Shown piece by piece: positions 26,904 to 38,087 of a DNA stretch of 64,000 nucleotides (positions are counted from its first letter, which is position 1; each line of letters opens with the position of its first letter). The DNA comes from Eledone cirrhosa. Its lineage: Eukaryota. Location of the stretch: contig OZ024741.1 in NCBI GenBank assembly GCA_964016885.1, positions 19,406,001-19,470,000 on the forward strand, in the 5' to 3' direction. The notes under the pieces were generated by a model. The model had not been told where the DNA came from. It searched no databases and saw only the letters and a program-made list of their open reading frames with translations. The position numbers and the translations under genes are program-made.

Positions 26904-28791
26904 AGGTTGTCCCTAAACTATAGGTATGGCTTCTGTGGTATGTTTGGTAACTACTGATGTAGCACATTTAAATTAGGGAAGGGAACCTTTAGAAGGTTGT
27001 CCCTAAACTATAGGTATGGCTTCTGCGGTATGTTTGGTAACTACTGATGTAGCACATTTAAATTAGGGAAGGCGACCTTTAGAAGGTTGTCCCTAAACTA
27101 TAGGTATGGCTTCTGTGGTATGTTTGGTAACTACTGATGTAGCACATTTAAATTAGGGAAGGGAACCTTTAGAAGGTTGTCCCTAAACTATAGGTATGGC
27201 TTCTGTGGTATGTTTGGTAACTATTGATGTAGCACATTTAAATTAGGGAAGGGGACCTTTAGAAGGTTGTCCCTAAACTATAGGTATGGCTTCTGCGGTA
27301 TGTTTGGTAACTACTGATGTAGCACATTTAAATTAGGGAAGGGAACCTTTAGAAGGTTTTCCCTAAACTATAGGTATGGCTTCTGTGGTATGTTTGGTAA
27401 CTACTGATGTAGCACATTTAAATTAGGGAAGGGAACCTTTAGAAGGTTGTCCCTAAACTATAGGTATGGCTTCTGCGGTATGTTTGGTAACTACTGATGT
27501 AGCACATTTAAATTAGGGAAGGGAACCTTTAGAAGGTTTTCCCTAAACTATAGGTATGGCTTCTGTGGTATGTTTGGTAACTACTGATGTAGCACATTTA
27601 AATTAGGGAAGGGAACCTTTAGAAGGTTGTCCCTAAACTATAGGTATGGCTTCTGTGGTATGTTTGGTAACTACTGATGTAGCACATTTAAATTAGGAAA
27701 GGGAACCTTTAGAAGGTTGTCCCTAAACTATAGGTATGGCTTCTGCGGTATGTTTGGTAACTACTGATGTAGCACATTTAAATTAGGGAAGGGAACCTTT
27801 AGAAGGTTTTCCCTAAACTATAGGTATGGCTTCTGTGGTATGTTTGGTAACTACTGATGTAGCACATTTAAATTAGGGAAGGGAACCTTTAGAAGGTTTT
27901 CCCTAAACTATAGGTATGGCTTCTGTGGTATGTTTGGTAACTACTGATGTAGCACATTTAAATTAGGAAAGGGAACCTTTAGAAGGTTGTCCCTAAACTA
28001 TAGGTATGGCTTCTGCGGTATGTTTGGTAACTACTGATGTAGGACATTTAAATTAGGAAAGGGAACCTTTAGAAAGTTGTCCCTAAACTATAGGTAGGGC
28101 GTCTGTGGTATGTTTGGTAACTACTGATGTAGCACATTTAAATTAGGGAAGGGAACCTTTAGAAGGTTGTCCCTAAACTATCGGTATGGCTTCTGCGGTA
28201 TGTTTGGTAACTACTGATGTAGGACATTTAAATTAGGGAAGGGAACCTTTAGAAAGTTGTCCCTAAACTATAGGTAGGGCTTCTGTGGTATGTTTGGTAA
28301 CTACTGATGTAGCACATTTAAATTAGGGAAGGGAACCTTTAGAAGGTTGTCCCTAAACTATCGGTATGGCTTCTGCGGTATGTTTGGTAACTACTGATGT
28401 AGGACATTTAAATTAGGGAAGGGAACCTTTAGAAAGTTGTCCCTAAACTATAGGTAGGGCTTCTGTGGTATGTTTGGTAACTACTGATGTAGCACATTTA
28501 AATTAGGGAAGGGAACCTTTAGAAGGTTGTCCCTAAACTATCGGTATGGCTTCTGCGGTATGTTTGGTAACTACTGATGTAGGACATTTAAATTAGGGAA
28601 GGGAACCTTTAGAAGGTTGTCCCTAAACTATCGGTATGGCTTCTGCGGTATGTTTGGTAACTACTGATGTAGGACATTTAAATTAGGGAAGGGAACCTTT
28701 AGAAGGTTGTCCCTAAACTATAGGTATGGCTTCTGTGGTATGTTTGGTAACTACTGATGTAGCACATTTAAATTAGAGAAGGGAACCTTTA
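26904..28791. repeat. 90-bp minisatellite, 21 copies
   Basis: AGGTTGTCCCTAAACTATAGGTATGGCTTCTGTGG...AAATTAGGGAAGGGAACCTTTAGA with exact 90-nt period. Confidence 0.97.
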
Positions 28792-28812
28792 AGTAAAACC
28801 CCGAATACTTAC

Positions 28813-28895
28813 AGCTCTCCATAACCATGGAGCAGATCTGATTGTCCATCGGGTACCGTTCGAGTCTCATATAGCAACTCAACGTTAGGGATAAC
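28813..28895 (-). CDS. Cys-loop ion channel subunit, coding exon 5 (Cys-loop)
   Basis: TTTTTTTCTCAG|..|GTAAGT; 83 nt, phase 2/1; (R)LSLTLSCYMRLERYPMDNQICSMVMES contains the C-x13-C signature. Confidence 0.97.
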
Positions 28896-29030
28896 CTGAG
28901 AAAAAAAGAAGAAAATAATGATGAGGAGGAGGAAGAGGAAGAAGAGGAGGGGCGAAGAAGAAGAAAAAGAATTGCAGGAGGCGGAGAAGAGGAGCCTGGG
29001 TATGATAACGAAGAAGGAAAAAGATGGAGA

Positions 29031-29088
<58 letters not shown>

Positions 29089-29389
29089 GGTGGTGGTGGT
29101 GGTGATGGTGGTGGTGGCAGTAGTGGTGGTGGTGGTAGTAGTAGTAGTAGTGGTGGTGGGGTGGTGGTAGTAGTAGAAGAAGAAGAAGAAGAAGAAGAAG
29201 AAGAAGAAGAAGAAGAAGAAGAAGAAGAAGAAGAAGAAGAAGATAATGAAAGGCAGAAGTGGAAGAAAAAAGAAAGATTGAAAGGGAGGGCTCAAAGTTT
29301 CGTAAGAAAAACCTTAATTCTATATTAAAATGGTGGCCAATGTGTAAAGTTTACAGCCAAATGTTGTGTGGTCGATAATATTAGCAGAG

Positions 29390-29649
29390 ATGTGTTTTGT
29401 TGTTACTGTTGTTGCTGTTGTGTTTTTGTTGCAGTTGTTGTTGTTCCTGTTGTTGTTGTTATTACTGTTCTTGTTGCTGTTATTGTTGTAGTTGTGTTGT
29501 TGCTGTTGCGGCTATAGTTGTTGTTGATAATGTTGTTGTTGTCGCCGCTATTGTTGTTGTTGATGTTGTTGTTGTCGCCGTTATTGTTATTGTTGATGTT
29601 GTTGTTGTCGCCGTTATTGTTGTTGTTGATGTTGTTGTTGTCGCCGTTA

Positions 29650-29686
<37 letters not shown>

Positions 29687-32600
29687 CGCCGTTATTATTG
29701 TTGTTGATGTTGTTGTCGCCGTTATTGTTGTTGTTGATGTTGTTGTTGTCGCCGCTATTGTTGTTGTTGATGTTGTTGTCGCCGCTGTTGTTGATGTTGT
29801 TGTTGTCGCAGCTATTGTTGTTGTTGTTGTTGTATTTGCCGCTATTGTTGTTGTTGCAGGTATTGTTGTTGTTGTTGCAGTTATTGTTGTTGTTGTTGTT
29901 GTTGTTGTCACCGCTATTGTTGTTGTTGTTGTTGTTGTCGCTATTGTTGTTGTTGTTGTTGTTGTCGCCGCTATTGTTGTTGTTGTTGTTGCCGCTATTA
30001 GTGTTGTTGTTGTTGTTGCAGTTATTGTTGTTGTTGTTGTTGTTGTTATTGTTGTTGTTGTTGCAGTTATTGTTGTTGTTGCAGTTATTGTTGTTGTTGT
30101 TGCAGTTATTGTTGTTGTTGCAGTTATTGTTGTTGTTGCAGTTATTGTTGTTGTTGTTGCAGTTATTATTGTTGTTGTTGTTGTTGTTGCAGTTATTGTT
30201 GTTGTTGCAGTTATTGTTGTTGTTGCAGTTATTGTTGTTGTTGTTGTTGCAGTTGTTGTTGTTGTTGCAGTTATTGTTGTTGTTGTTGCAGTTATTGTTG
30301 TTGTTGCAGTTATTGTTGATGTTGTTGCAGTTATTGTTGTTGTTGCAGTTATTGTTGTTGTTGTTGCAGTTATTGTTGTTGTTGCAGTTATTGTTGTTGT
30401 TGTTGCAGTTATTGTTGTTGTTGCAGTTATTGTTGTTGTTGCAGTTATTGTTGTTGTTGTTGCAGTTATTGTTGATGTTGTTGCAGTTATTGTTGTTGTT
30501 GTTGCAGTTATTGTTGTTGTTGTTGCAGTTATTGTTGTTGTTGCAGTTATTGTTGATGTTGTTGCAGTTATTGTTGTTGTTGCAGTTATTGTTGTTGTTG
30601 TTGCAGTTATTTTTGATGTTGTTGCAGTTATTGTTGTTGTTGTTGTTGCAGTTATTGTTGTTGTTGCAGTTATTGTTGATGTTGTTGCAGTTATTGTTGT
30701 TGTTGCAGTTATTGTTGTTGTTGTTGCAGTTATTTTTGATGTTGTTGCAGTTATTGTTGTTGTTGTTGTTGCAGTTATTGTTGTTGTTGTTGTTGTTGTT
30801 ATTGTTGTTGTTGTTGCAGTTATTGTTGTTGTTGCAGTTATTGTTGTTGTTGTTGCAGCTATTGTTGTTGTTGTTGCAGTTATTGTTGTTGTTGTTGTTG
30901 TTGCAGTTATTGTTGTTGTTGTTGCAGTTATTGTTGTTGTTGTTGTTATTGTTGTTGTTGCAGTTATTGTTGTTGTTGCAGTTATTGTTGTTGTTGTTGC
31001 AGTTATTGTTGTTGTTGTTGTTGCAGTTATTGTTGTTGTTGTTGCAGTTATTGTTGTTGTTGCAGTTATTGTTGTTGTTGTTGCAGTTATTATTGTTGTT
31101 GTTGTTGTTGCAGTTATTGTTGTTGTTGTTGCAATTATTGTTGTTGTTGCAGTTATTGTTGTTGTTGTTGCAGTTATTGTTGTTGTTGTTGCAGTTATTG
31201 TTGTTGTTGCAGTCATTGTTGATGTTGTTGCAGTTATTGTTGTTGTTGCAGTTATTGTTGTTGTTGTTGCAGTTATTGTTGTTGTTGCAGTTATTGTTGT
31301 TGTTGCAGTTATTGTTGTTGTTGCAGTTATTGTTGATGTTGTTGCAGTTATTGTTGTTGTTGCAGTTATTGTTGTTGTTGCAGTTATTGTTGTTGTTGTT
31401 GCAGTTATTGTTGTTGTTGCAGTTATTGTTGTTGTTGCAGTTATTGTTGTTGTTGCAGTTATTGTTGATGTTGCAGTTATTGTTGTTGTTGCAGTTATTG
31501 TTGTTGTTGCAGTTATTGTTGTTGTTGCAGTTATTGTTGTTGTTGTTGCAGCTATTTTTGATGTTGTTGCAGTTATTGTTGTTGTTGCAGTTATTGTTGT
31601 TGTTGCAGTTATTGTTGTTGTTGCAGTTATTGTTGTTGTTGTTGCAGTTATTGTTGTTGTTGCAGTTATTGTTGTTGTTGCAGTTATTGTTGTTGTTGTT
31701 GCAGTTATTGTTGTTGTTGCAGTTATTGTTGTTGTTGCAGTTATTGTTGTTCTTGTTGCAGTTATTGTTGTTGTTGTTGCAGTTATTGTTGTTGTTGCAG
31801 TTATTGTTGTTGTTGTTGCAGTTATTGTTGTTGTTGCAGTTATTGTTGTTGTTGTTGTTGCAGTTATTGTTGCAGTTATTGTTGTTGTTGTTGCAGTTAT
31901 TGTTGTTGTTGTTGCAGTTATTGTTGTTGTTGCAGTTATTGTTGTTGTTGTTGTTGTTGCAGTTATTGTTGATGTTGTTGCAGTTATTGTTGTTGTTGTT
32001 GCAGTTATTGTTGTTGTTGTTGCAGTTATTGTTGTTGTTGTTGAAGTTATTGTTGTTGCTGTTGTTGCAGTTATTGTTGTTGCAGTTATTGTTGTTGTTG
32101 TTGCAGTTATTGTTGATGTTGTTGCAGTTATTGTTGTTGTTGCAGTTATTGTTGTTGTTGTTGTTGTAGTTATTGTTGTTGTTGTTGCAGTTATTGTTGT
32201 TGTTGTTGTTGCAGTTATTGTTGATGTTGTTGCAGTTATAGTTGTTGTTGTTGCAGTTATTGTTATTGTTGCAGTTATTGTTGTTGTTGTTGCAGTTATT
32301 GTTGTTGTTGTTGCAGTTATTGTTGTTGTTGTTGCAGTTATTTTTGTTGTTGTTGCAGTTATTGTTGATGTTGTTGCAGTTATTGTTGTTGTTGCAGTTA
32401 TTGTTGTTGTTGCAGTTATTGTTGTTGTTGTTGTTGTTGCAGTTATTGTTGTTGTTGTTGCAGTTATTGTTGTTGTTGTTGCACTTATTGTTGTTGTTGT
32501 TGTTGCAGTTATTGTCGTTGTTGTTGCAGTTATTGTTGTTGTTGTTGCAGTTATTGTTGTTCTTGTTGCAGTTATTGTTGTTGTTGTTGCAGTTATTGTT

Positions 32601-34085
32601 GATGTTGTTGCAGTTATTGTTGTTGTTGTTGCAGTTATTGTTGATGTTGTTGCAGTTATTGTTGTTGTTGTTGCAGTTATTGTTGATGTTGTTGCAGTTA
32701 TTGTTGTTGTTGTTGCAGTTATTGTTGTTGTTGTTGTTGCAGTTATTGTTGCAGTTATTGTTGTTGTTGTTGCAGTTATTGTTGTTGTTGCAGTTATTGT
32801 TGTTGTTGTTGTTGCAGTTATTGTTGATGTTGTTGCAGTTATTGTTGTTGTTGTTGCAGTTATTGTTGTTGTTGTTGCAGTTATTGTTGTTGTTGTTGAA
32901 GTTATTGTTGTTGCTGTTGTTGCAGTTATTGTTGTTGCAGTTATTGTTGTTGTTGTTGCAGTTATTGTTGATGTTGTTGCAGTTATTGTTGTTGTTGCAG
33001 TTATTGTTGTTGTTGTTGTTGTAGTTATTGTTGTTGTTGTTGCAGTTATTGTTGTTGTTGTTGTTGTTGCAGTTATTGTTGATGTTGTTGCAGTTATAGT
33101 TGTTGTTGTTGCAGTTATTGTTATTGTTGCAGTTATTGTTGTTGTTGTTGCAGTTATTGTTGTTGTTGTTGCAGTTATTGTTGTTGTTGTTGCAGTTATT
33201 TTTGTTGTTGTTGCAGTTATTGTTGATGTTGTTGCAGTTATTGTTGTTGTTGCAGTTATTGTTGTTGTTGCAGTTATTGTTGTTGTTGTTGTTGTTGCAG
33301 TTATTGTTGTTGTTGTTGCAGTTATTGTTGTTGTTGTTGCAGTTATTGTTGTTGTTGTTGTTGCAGTTATTGTCGTTGTTGTTGCAGTTATTGTTGTTGT
33401 TGTTGCAGTTATTGTTGTTCTTGTTGCAGTTATTGTTGTTGTTGTTGCAGTTATTGTTGATGTTGTTGCAGTTATTGTTGTTGTTGTTGCAGTTATTGTT
33501 GATGTTGTTGCAGTTATTGTTGTTGTTGTTGCAGTTATTGTTGATGTTGTTGCAGTTATTGTTGTTGTTGTTGCAGTTGTTGTTGTTGTTGTTGCAGTTA
33601 TTTTTGTTGATGTTGCAGTTATTGTTGATGTTGTTGCAGTTATTGTTGTTGTTGTTGCAGTTATTGTTGATGTTGTTGCAGTTATTGTTGTTGTTGCAGT
33701 TATTGTTGTTGTTGTTGCAGTTATTGTTGATGTTGTTGCAGTTATTGTTGTTGTTGCAGTTATTGTTGTTGTTGTTGCAGTTATTGTTGATGTTGTTGCA
33801 GTTATTGTTGTTGCAGTTATTGTTGTTGTTGCAGTTATTGTTGTTGTTGCGGTTATTGTTGTTGTTGTTGCAGTTATTGTTGATGTTGTTGCAGTTATTG
33901 TTGTTGTTGTTGCAGTTATTGTTGATGTTGTTGCAGTTATTGTTGTTGTTGTTGCAGTTATTGTTGTTGTTGTTGCAGTTATTGTTGTTGTTGCAGTTAA
34001 TGTTGTTGTTGTTGTTGCAGTTATTGTTGTTGTTGTTGCAGTTATTGTTGTTGTTGCAATTATTGTTGTTGTTGTTGCAGTTTTG
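29390..34085. repeat. (GTT)n-based compound repeat, [GCAGTTATT(GTT)n]n
   Basis: Directly visible; source of the poly-V/N/T/L ORFs. Confidence 0.97.
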
Positions 34086-34613
34086 TTGACGTTGGTGCAG
34101 TTGTTTGCGGATTTTTCTTCCCCTGCGGCCTTGGCACAATTGAGCTCTGTAACTGCTCTTGTGATGTCAGCCTCCATGAGATTATTCACTGCTCCCAGAT
34201 GCACCTCACGTACATCAGGAGATGCTGTTGTGATCGGGTTTAGGAGATCACTGCAGTATTCAAATCCCACTCATGTCAATCTTGCTTTTCATCCTTTCGA
34301 GATCAATAAATAAAGTACTAAGGTCGATTCTTCCTTGTTTCGTTACTTTGCGCTCCTCTGGAAGAAATCGGCTGTTTATATTTTGAAATGGGTGGGCCCT
34401 ATCAGGTTTTAAATACCCAAGACTCCCCATCATGAGTTAAGAATCCTTTCTTTTGTTTCTATCTAAATTAAATATTAATCACTTCTCCACTAATCTAACA
34501 TTTTCTAATATTTCTTTGCAGTATCTTATTGATTCTCCTTCAATTTCCTTGATTAAGACCACCCACTATATATGAGAAAACTGGCACCAGAAAATCCACT
34601 CAAATATACTTAC

Positions 34614-34840
34614 CGGATGCTGTAAAATATGGTGCCGTTTCGATAGATCAGGAGCATTCGATTAGGTTTTGTGACGTCATGAAAACTACCCTTTTTCTCG
34701 TTACTAAAGAAAAGATCAGGAACCCAGAAATTTTCAATTCGGCTGCTGTCCATCTCAAGCCGTGGCAGAGTTGACATTCTTGTGTAGTTGAGCCGTGGAT
34801 CATGCCACAGCTGTCTCAGCAAAACCGTCACACTATATTC
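34614..34840 (-). CDS. Cys-loop ion channel subunit, coding exon 4 (loops D, A, E)
   Basis: TTTCTCTCAG|..|GTAAGT; 227 nt, phase 0/2; EYSVTVLLRQLWHDPRL..FWVPDLFFSNEK..HDVTKPNRMLLIYRNGTIFYSIR, typical of GlyR/GluCl extracellular domains. Confidence 0.97.
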
Positions 34841-35039
34841 CTGAGAGAAATAAACACACAACAAATAAATAAATAAATAAATACATAAATAAATAAATAT
34901 GACGAATAAATAAATAAAATATAAATGAAAATGTAAAAATAAATAAAACGAAGAAAGAAAAAATAATTAATTTAATGAAAATTAATTGATATATTTCGGA
35001 AAAAACATTTAAGTAATTAAAAGTAATTATAATTTTCAA

Positions 35040-35380
35040 ATATCGGTCGATCTCCGACAGGTTTGCGATGGAGCTCGTAGCAGCGGAGACTTCTGGTGAC
35101 CTTGACCCTGGGACCAACTCCCTACCCACCACCATCGGCACAGAGATGGCTATCCTCTGGTGTGAGCCTCGTGAGCTGTAATCGTTCTTTCAACACGTCA
35201 TCCTCACCATCCTCCGTGGAAACGCCTTTCTCCATTCTGTCCGTCGGACCCGCGGGGCACCCAGCGCATGTGTGACAGCTCACACCTATGTAGGTTTAGC
35301 TGGCCTCCTCCAAGGTATATCTCATTGGAGGTGTCTTGGGTGATTTAATGATAGGGACCCCAATCCTATCATCTTTCTAC
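35040..35380 (-). mobile_element. GC-rich dispersed-repeat fragment, possibly a LINE 5' region; related fragment at ~18690-18745
   Basis: CCTCCGTGGAAACGCCTTTCTCCATTCTGTCCGTCGG matches CCTCCGGAGAAACACCTTCTCCATTCTGCCCGCCGG near 18710; class and strand are inferred. Confidence 0.4.
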
Positions 35381-35513
35381 AGCTGAGTAAACTGGAGCAA
35401 CGTGAAATAAAGTGTCTTGCTCAAGGAAACAACACATCACCCGGTCCGAGAATTGAACTCACGGCCTTTCGATTGCAAGCCCAATGCTCTAACCACTAAA
35501 CCATGCGCCTCCA
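35381..35513 (-). mobile_element. Family-2 SINE, 5' part
   Basis: Minus strand GGAGGCGCATGGTTTAGTGGTTAGAGC..GAGTTCAATTCTCGG..TCCTTGAGCAAGACACTTTATTTCAC. Confidence 0.85.
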
Positions 35514-35761
35514 TTTGTTTATATTAATGAGAGATGGGGAGAGCGAGAGAGACGGACGCAGTGAGTGAAAGAGAGAGAAGATCAACACTTATTTATTTAT
35601 TTATATTTATCGCCAGTAATATTAAATGTTTTTCATATCGACAGTATTTTGTCTAATTTTCAAATGAAAGAAATATTAAAAAGAAAAGAATTAAATGAAC
35701 AATGAAATAGATATATTAAAATATTGTAGCTTGCTTGAAGCATTGAAATATATATATATAT

Positions 35762-35987
35762 AAGAAGTGCCAAGAAATGCCAGTAGAAGGAAGACACAGT
35801 AGAGGAAGACCATGAACAACATGGGCGGAGGTGGTGAGACCAGACCTCAGATTGCTGAAGCTTACGGAGGAGATGACGAAGGACCGTGACAAGTGGAGAG
35901 GTGCTGTGCTGAATAGGACCCGCCCCATCCTTGCAAGCAGGGAACAGAGGACGTAAAATAATGATGATGATGATGATGATGATGATG
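35762..35987 (+). mobile_element. RTE-clade LINE 3' end with (GAT)n tail
   Basis: KKCQEMPVEGRHSRGRP*TTWAEVVRPDL..DRDKWRGAV matches the RTE C-terminal RGRP..W..DR..WR motif. Confidence 0.75.
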
Positions 35988-35994
35988 GTGTGTG

Positions 35995-36135
35995 TGTAAA
36001 GTAAACAGAAATAACAAAAATAGCAAACAGTACAGTACATGGAAGGAATATATTAGTTTCACACTTGAAATAGTAGAGAGTCTTAACGTTTCGGACGCTA
36101 GTCTTTGATCAAAAGAAAGAATGAGAAATTAAAGA
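35995..36135 (-). mobile_element. Family-A pLTR-like element, degenerate hammerhead at 36081-36116
   Basis: Minus strand TCTT-TTGATCA-A-AGACTAGCGTCC-GAAA-CGT-T-AAGA. Confidence 0.55.
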
Positions 36136-36169
36136 AGGACTAGAATGATTGAGCTAGCCCTCTCATCCT

Positions 36170-36387
36170 GATAATGGCTTCTGATTTGGACACAAAGCCA
36201 ATTATGAGGAAGGGAAAGTCGATTAAATCAACCCTAGTGCGTTACTGGTACTTTATTTTATCAACCCCGTAAGAATGGAAGGGAAAGAAAACCTCGGTAG
36301 GATTTGAACTCATGACGTAAAAGGGCGTAACTCTATACTACAAAGCATGTTGTCCGACGCTCTACCGATACTGCCAATTCACTGCCT
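36170..36387 (-). mobile_element. Family-1 SINE
   Basis: Same A box, B box and core as 4497-4678. Confidence 0.85.
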
Positions 36388-36934
36388 TTCTCAACCTGAT
36401 AACTATGATGCGGATGATGCTCAGGCTGGAATTTCAGATGACTTTAGTTCTAAAGAACCCTGGCAGAGTGAAGTATTTGAAGTATTTCGTGGGGAGAGGG
36501 GAGAGTGTGGAATATAAAAGATTACATATCGAACTTTTCGTGTAATTCGCTCTCTGCTTCTTATTCGATATTTTATCAAATATCAAACAATTTGAATATT
36601 TTTATTATAAATTTTTTTCGTTTCAAGTTTTTTTTATTCCAATTTCCGCCATTTCCATATAATTCCATTGAGGAAGATTTTCTTCTACGTTCATTTTCTA
36701 ATTCTGTTTTTCTTTTATTCTTTTACTGGCTTCAAACTGAGACACCACCAGCCATGATTTAGTAGATCATATCAACTCAAATATATTTTTCAAGTTTGGA
36801 ACTTAGTCTCTCGTTTACAATACTGTCAACAAAAAAAAAGGATCGATCGACTTTCGTCAAATCGGACCGAGGAAACAATGTTTCCGTCGGTCTTTCCAGT
36901 TGCTAGTACTATCTATCGGTCGCAACTCCAGGTA

Positions 36935-37059
36935 GAAGGAACAACGTGAAATAAAGTGTCTTGCCCAAGGACATAACGCATCGCCCGGTCCACGAATCGA
37001 ACTCACAACCTCAAGATTGTGAATCCAATTCTCTAACCACTCAGCCACACGCCTTCACA
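36935..37059 (-). mobile_element. Family-2 SINE, 5' part
   Basis: Minus strand GAAGGCGTGTGGCTGAGTGGTTAGAG..GAGTTCGATTCGTGG..TCCTTGGGCAAGACACTTTATTTCAC. Confidence 0.85.
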
Positions 37060-37208
37060 AAATAACGTTAAAAAAACTCGAAGAATAAATAAATATAAAA
37101 TTAACTTCACAAAAATAAAATGAAATAAAATAAAAAACTAAAATCAAAGTCAACAACCGAAACTGGTATTATAATAACGAGATAGAAAGATAGATGTAGA
37201 GTACCTAC

Positions 37209-37276
37209 CATATTTTGTTCCGACACGGTGTCTACACTGCTTACATATAGTTGGACACTGACCTCGGTTGCGTAAT
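37209..37276 (-). CDS. Cys-loop ion channel subunit, coding exon 3 (beta-1)
   Basis: TATTCTTCAG|..|GTAGGT; 68 nt, phase 1/0; (D)YATEVSVQLYVSSVDTVSEQNM corresponds to GlyR [23 protein letters not shown]. Confidence 0.93.
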
Positions 37277-37319
37277 CTGAAGAATACAGGAGATTATGGT
37301 AGAATATATATATATATGT

Positions 37320-37561
37320 AAAAGGTAAACAGAATTAACAAAGCAAATGACACAGTATATTGAAGATATATATTAACTTAACGCTTGAAATAGCAGGAAA
37401 AGAGTCTTATCGTTTGGGGCACTAGTCCTTCGTCGGAAAGATATAGTTAGAAATAGAGGATAAATACAAAGATAATGAGTGAGAAGGGAAGTAATGGGGG
37501 AAAAAAAGAAGAAGGAAAACGGGGAAAAATACACATGCGCATTCAGTTACCCATTTTGGAG

Positions 37562-37570
<9 letters not shown>
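37320..37570 (-). mobile_element. Family-A pLTR-like element, degenerate hammerhead at 37405-37440
   Basis: Minus strand CTTT-CCGACGA-A-GGACTAGTGCCC-CAAA-CGA-T-AAGA; (TA)n flanks; aligns with 60628-60790. Confidence 0.6.
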
Positions 37571-37617
<47 letters not shown>

Positions 37618-38087
37618 TAAAAGGAAAAGAAAATGCTGACAAATTTTTCCCAGTGAAAAATAGTTTAATTAGGAATAAGTATAAATTAGTAATAAGTATT
37701 GGTTAGTATTCAGTTTTAGTTTTAAGTTTTTACGGGTTGCGCATTTCTAATGCTTTTCAAAAAAATTTTGAGATAGAGCACCCGTGATGTTTGCTCTAAT
37801 CTGATCAGTTTTGGAAATTCTTCCTGTTTTATGTGAAAAAAGTGGCTCCAGAGGTATTAAGATTTGGTTGGTTGTTGAATGTCACGTGAATATGTACTTT
37901 GGTTGGTTGTTGAATGTCACGTGAACATTCACGTGACCTCTACCGACCAATCAAAATTGTTGTGACTACAAGAATTTTTGCAACACGAATTGGCGCGAAA
38001 TTTGATTGGTATATATACCCATTCGTTCTTAGTACAGCACATCGGACTATCCCAGGACTAACAGTCTCGTGTTTCCAGCTGTTAAAA

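Noticed and set aside
21838-28791. Interstitial telomere (TTAGGG/CCCTAA in the 45- and 90-bp units)
   Set aside because: Only isolated hexamers per unit, never tandem (TTAGGG)n
29397-34313. Mucin-like poly-Thr, poly-Asn/Cys and poly-Val ORFs
   Set aside because: Translations of a (GTT)n tract lying between two phase-matched exons of the channel gene
35381-37059. tRNA genes
   Set aside because: A and B boxes run into SINE bodies with no complete cloverleaf
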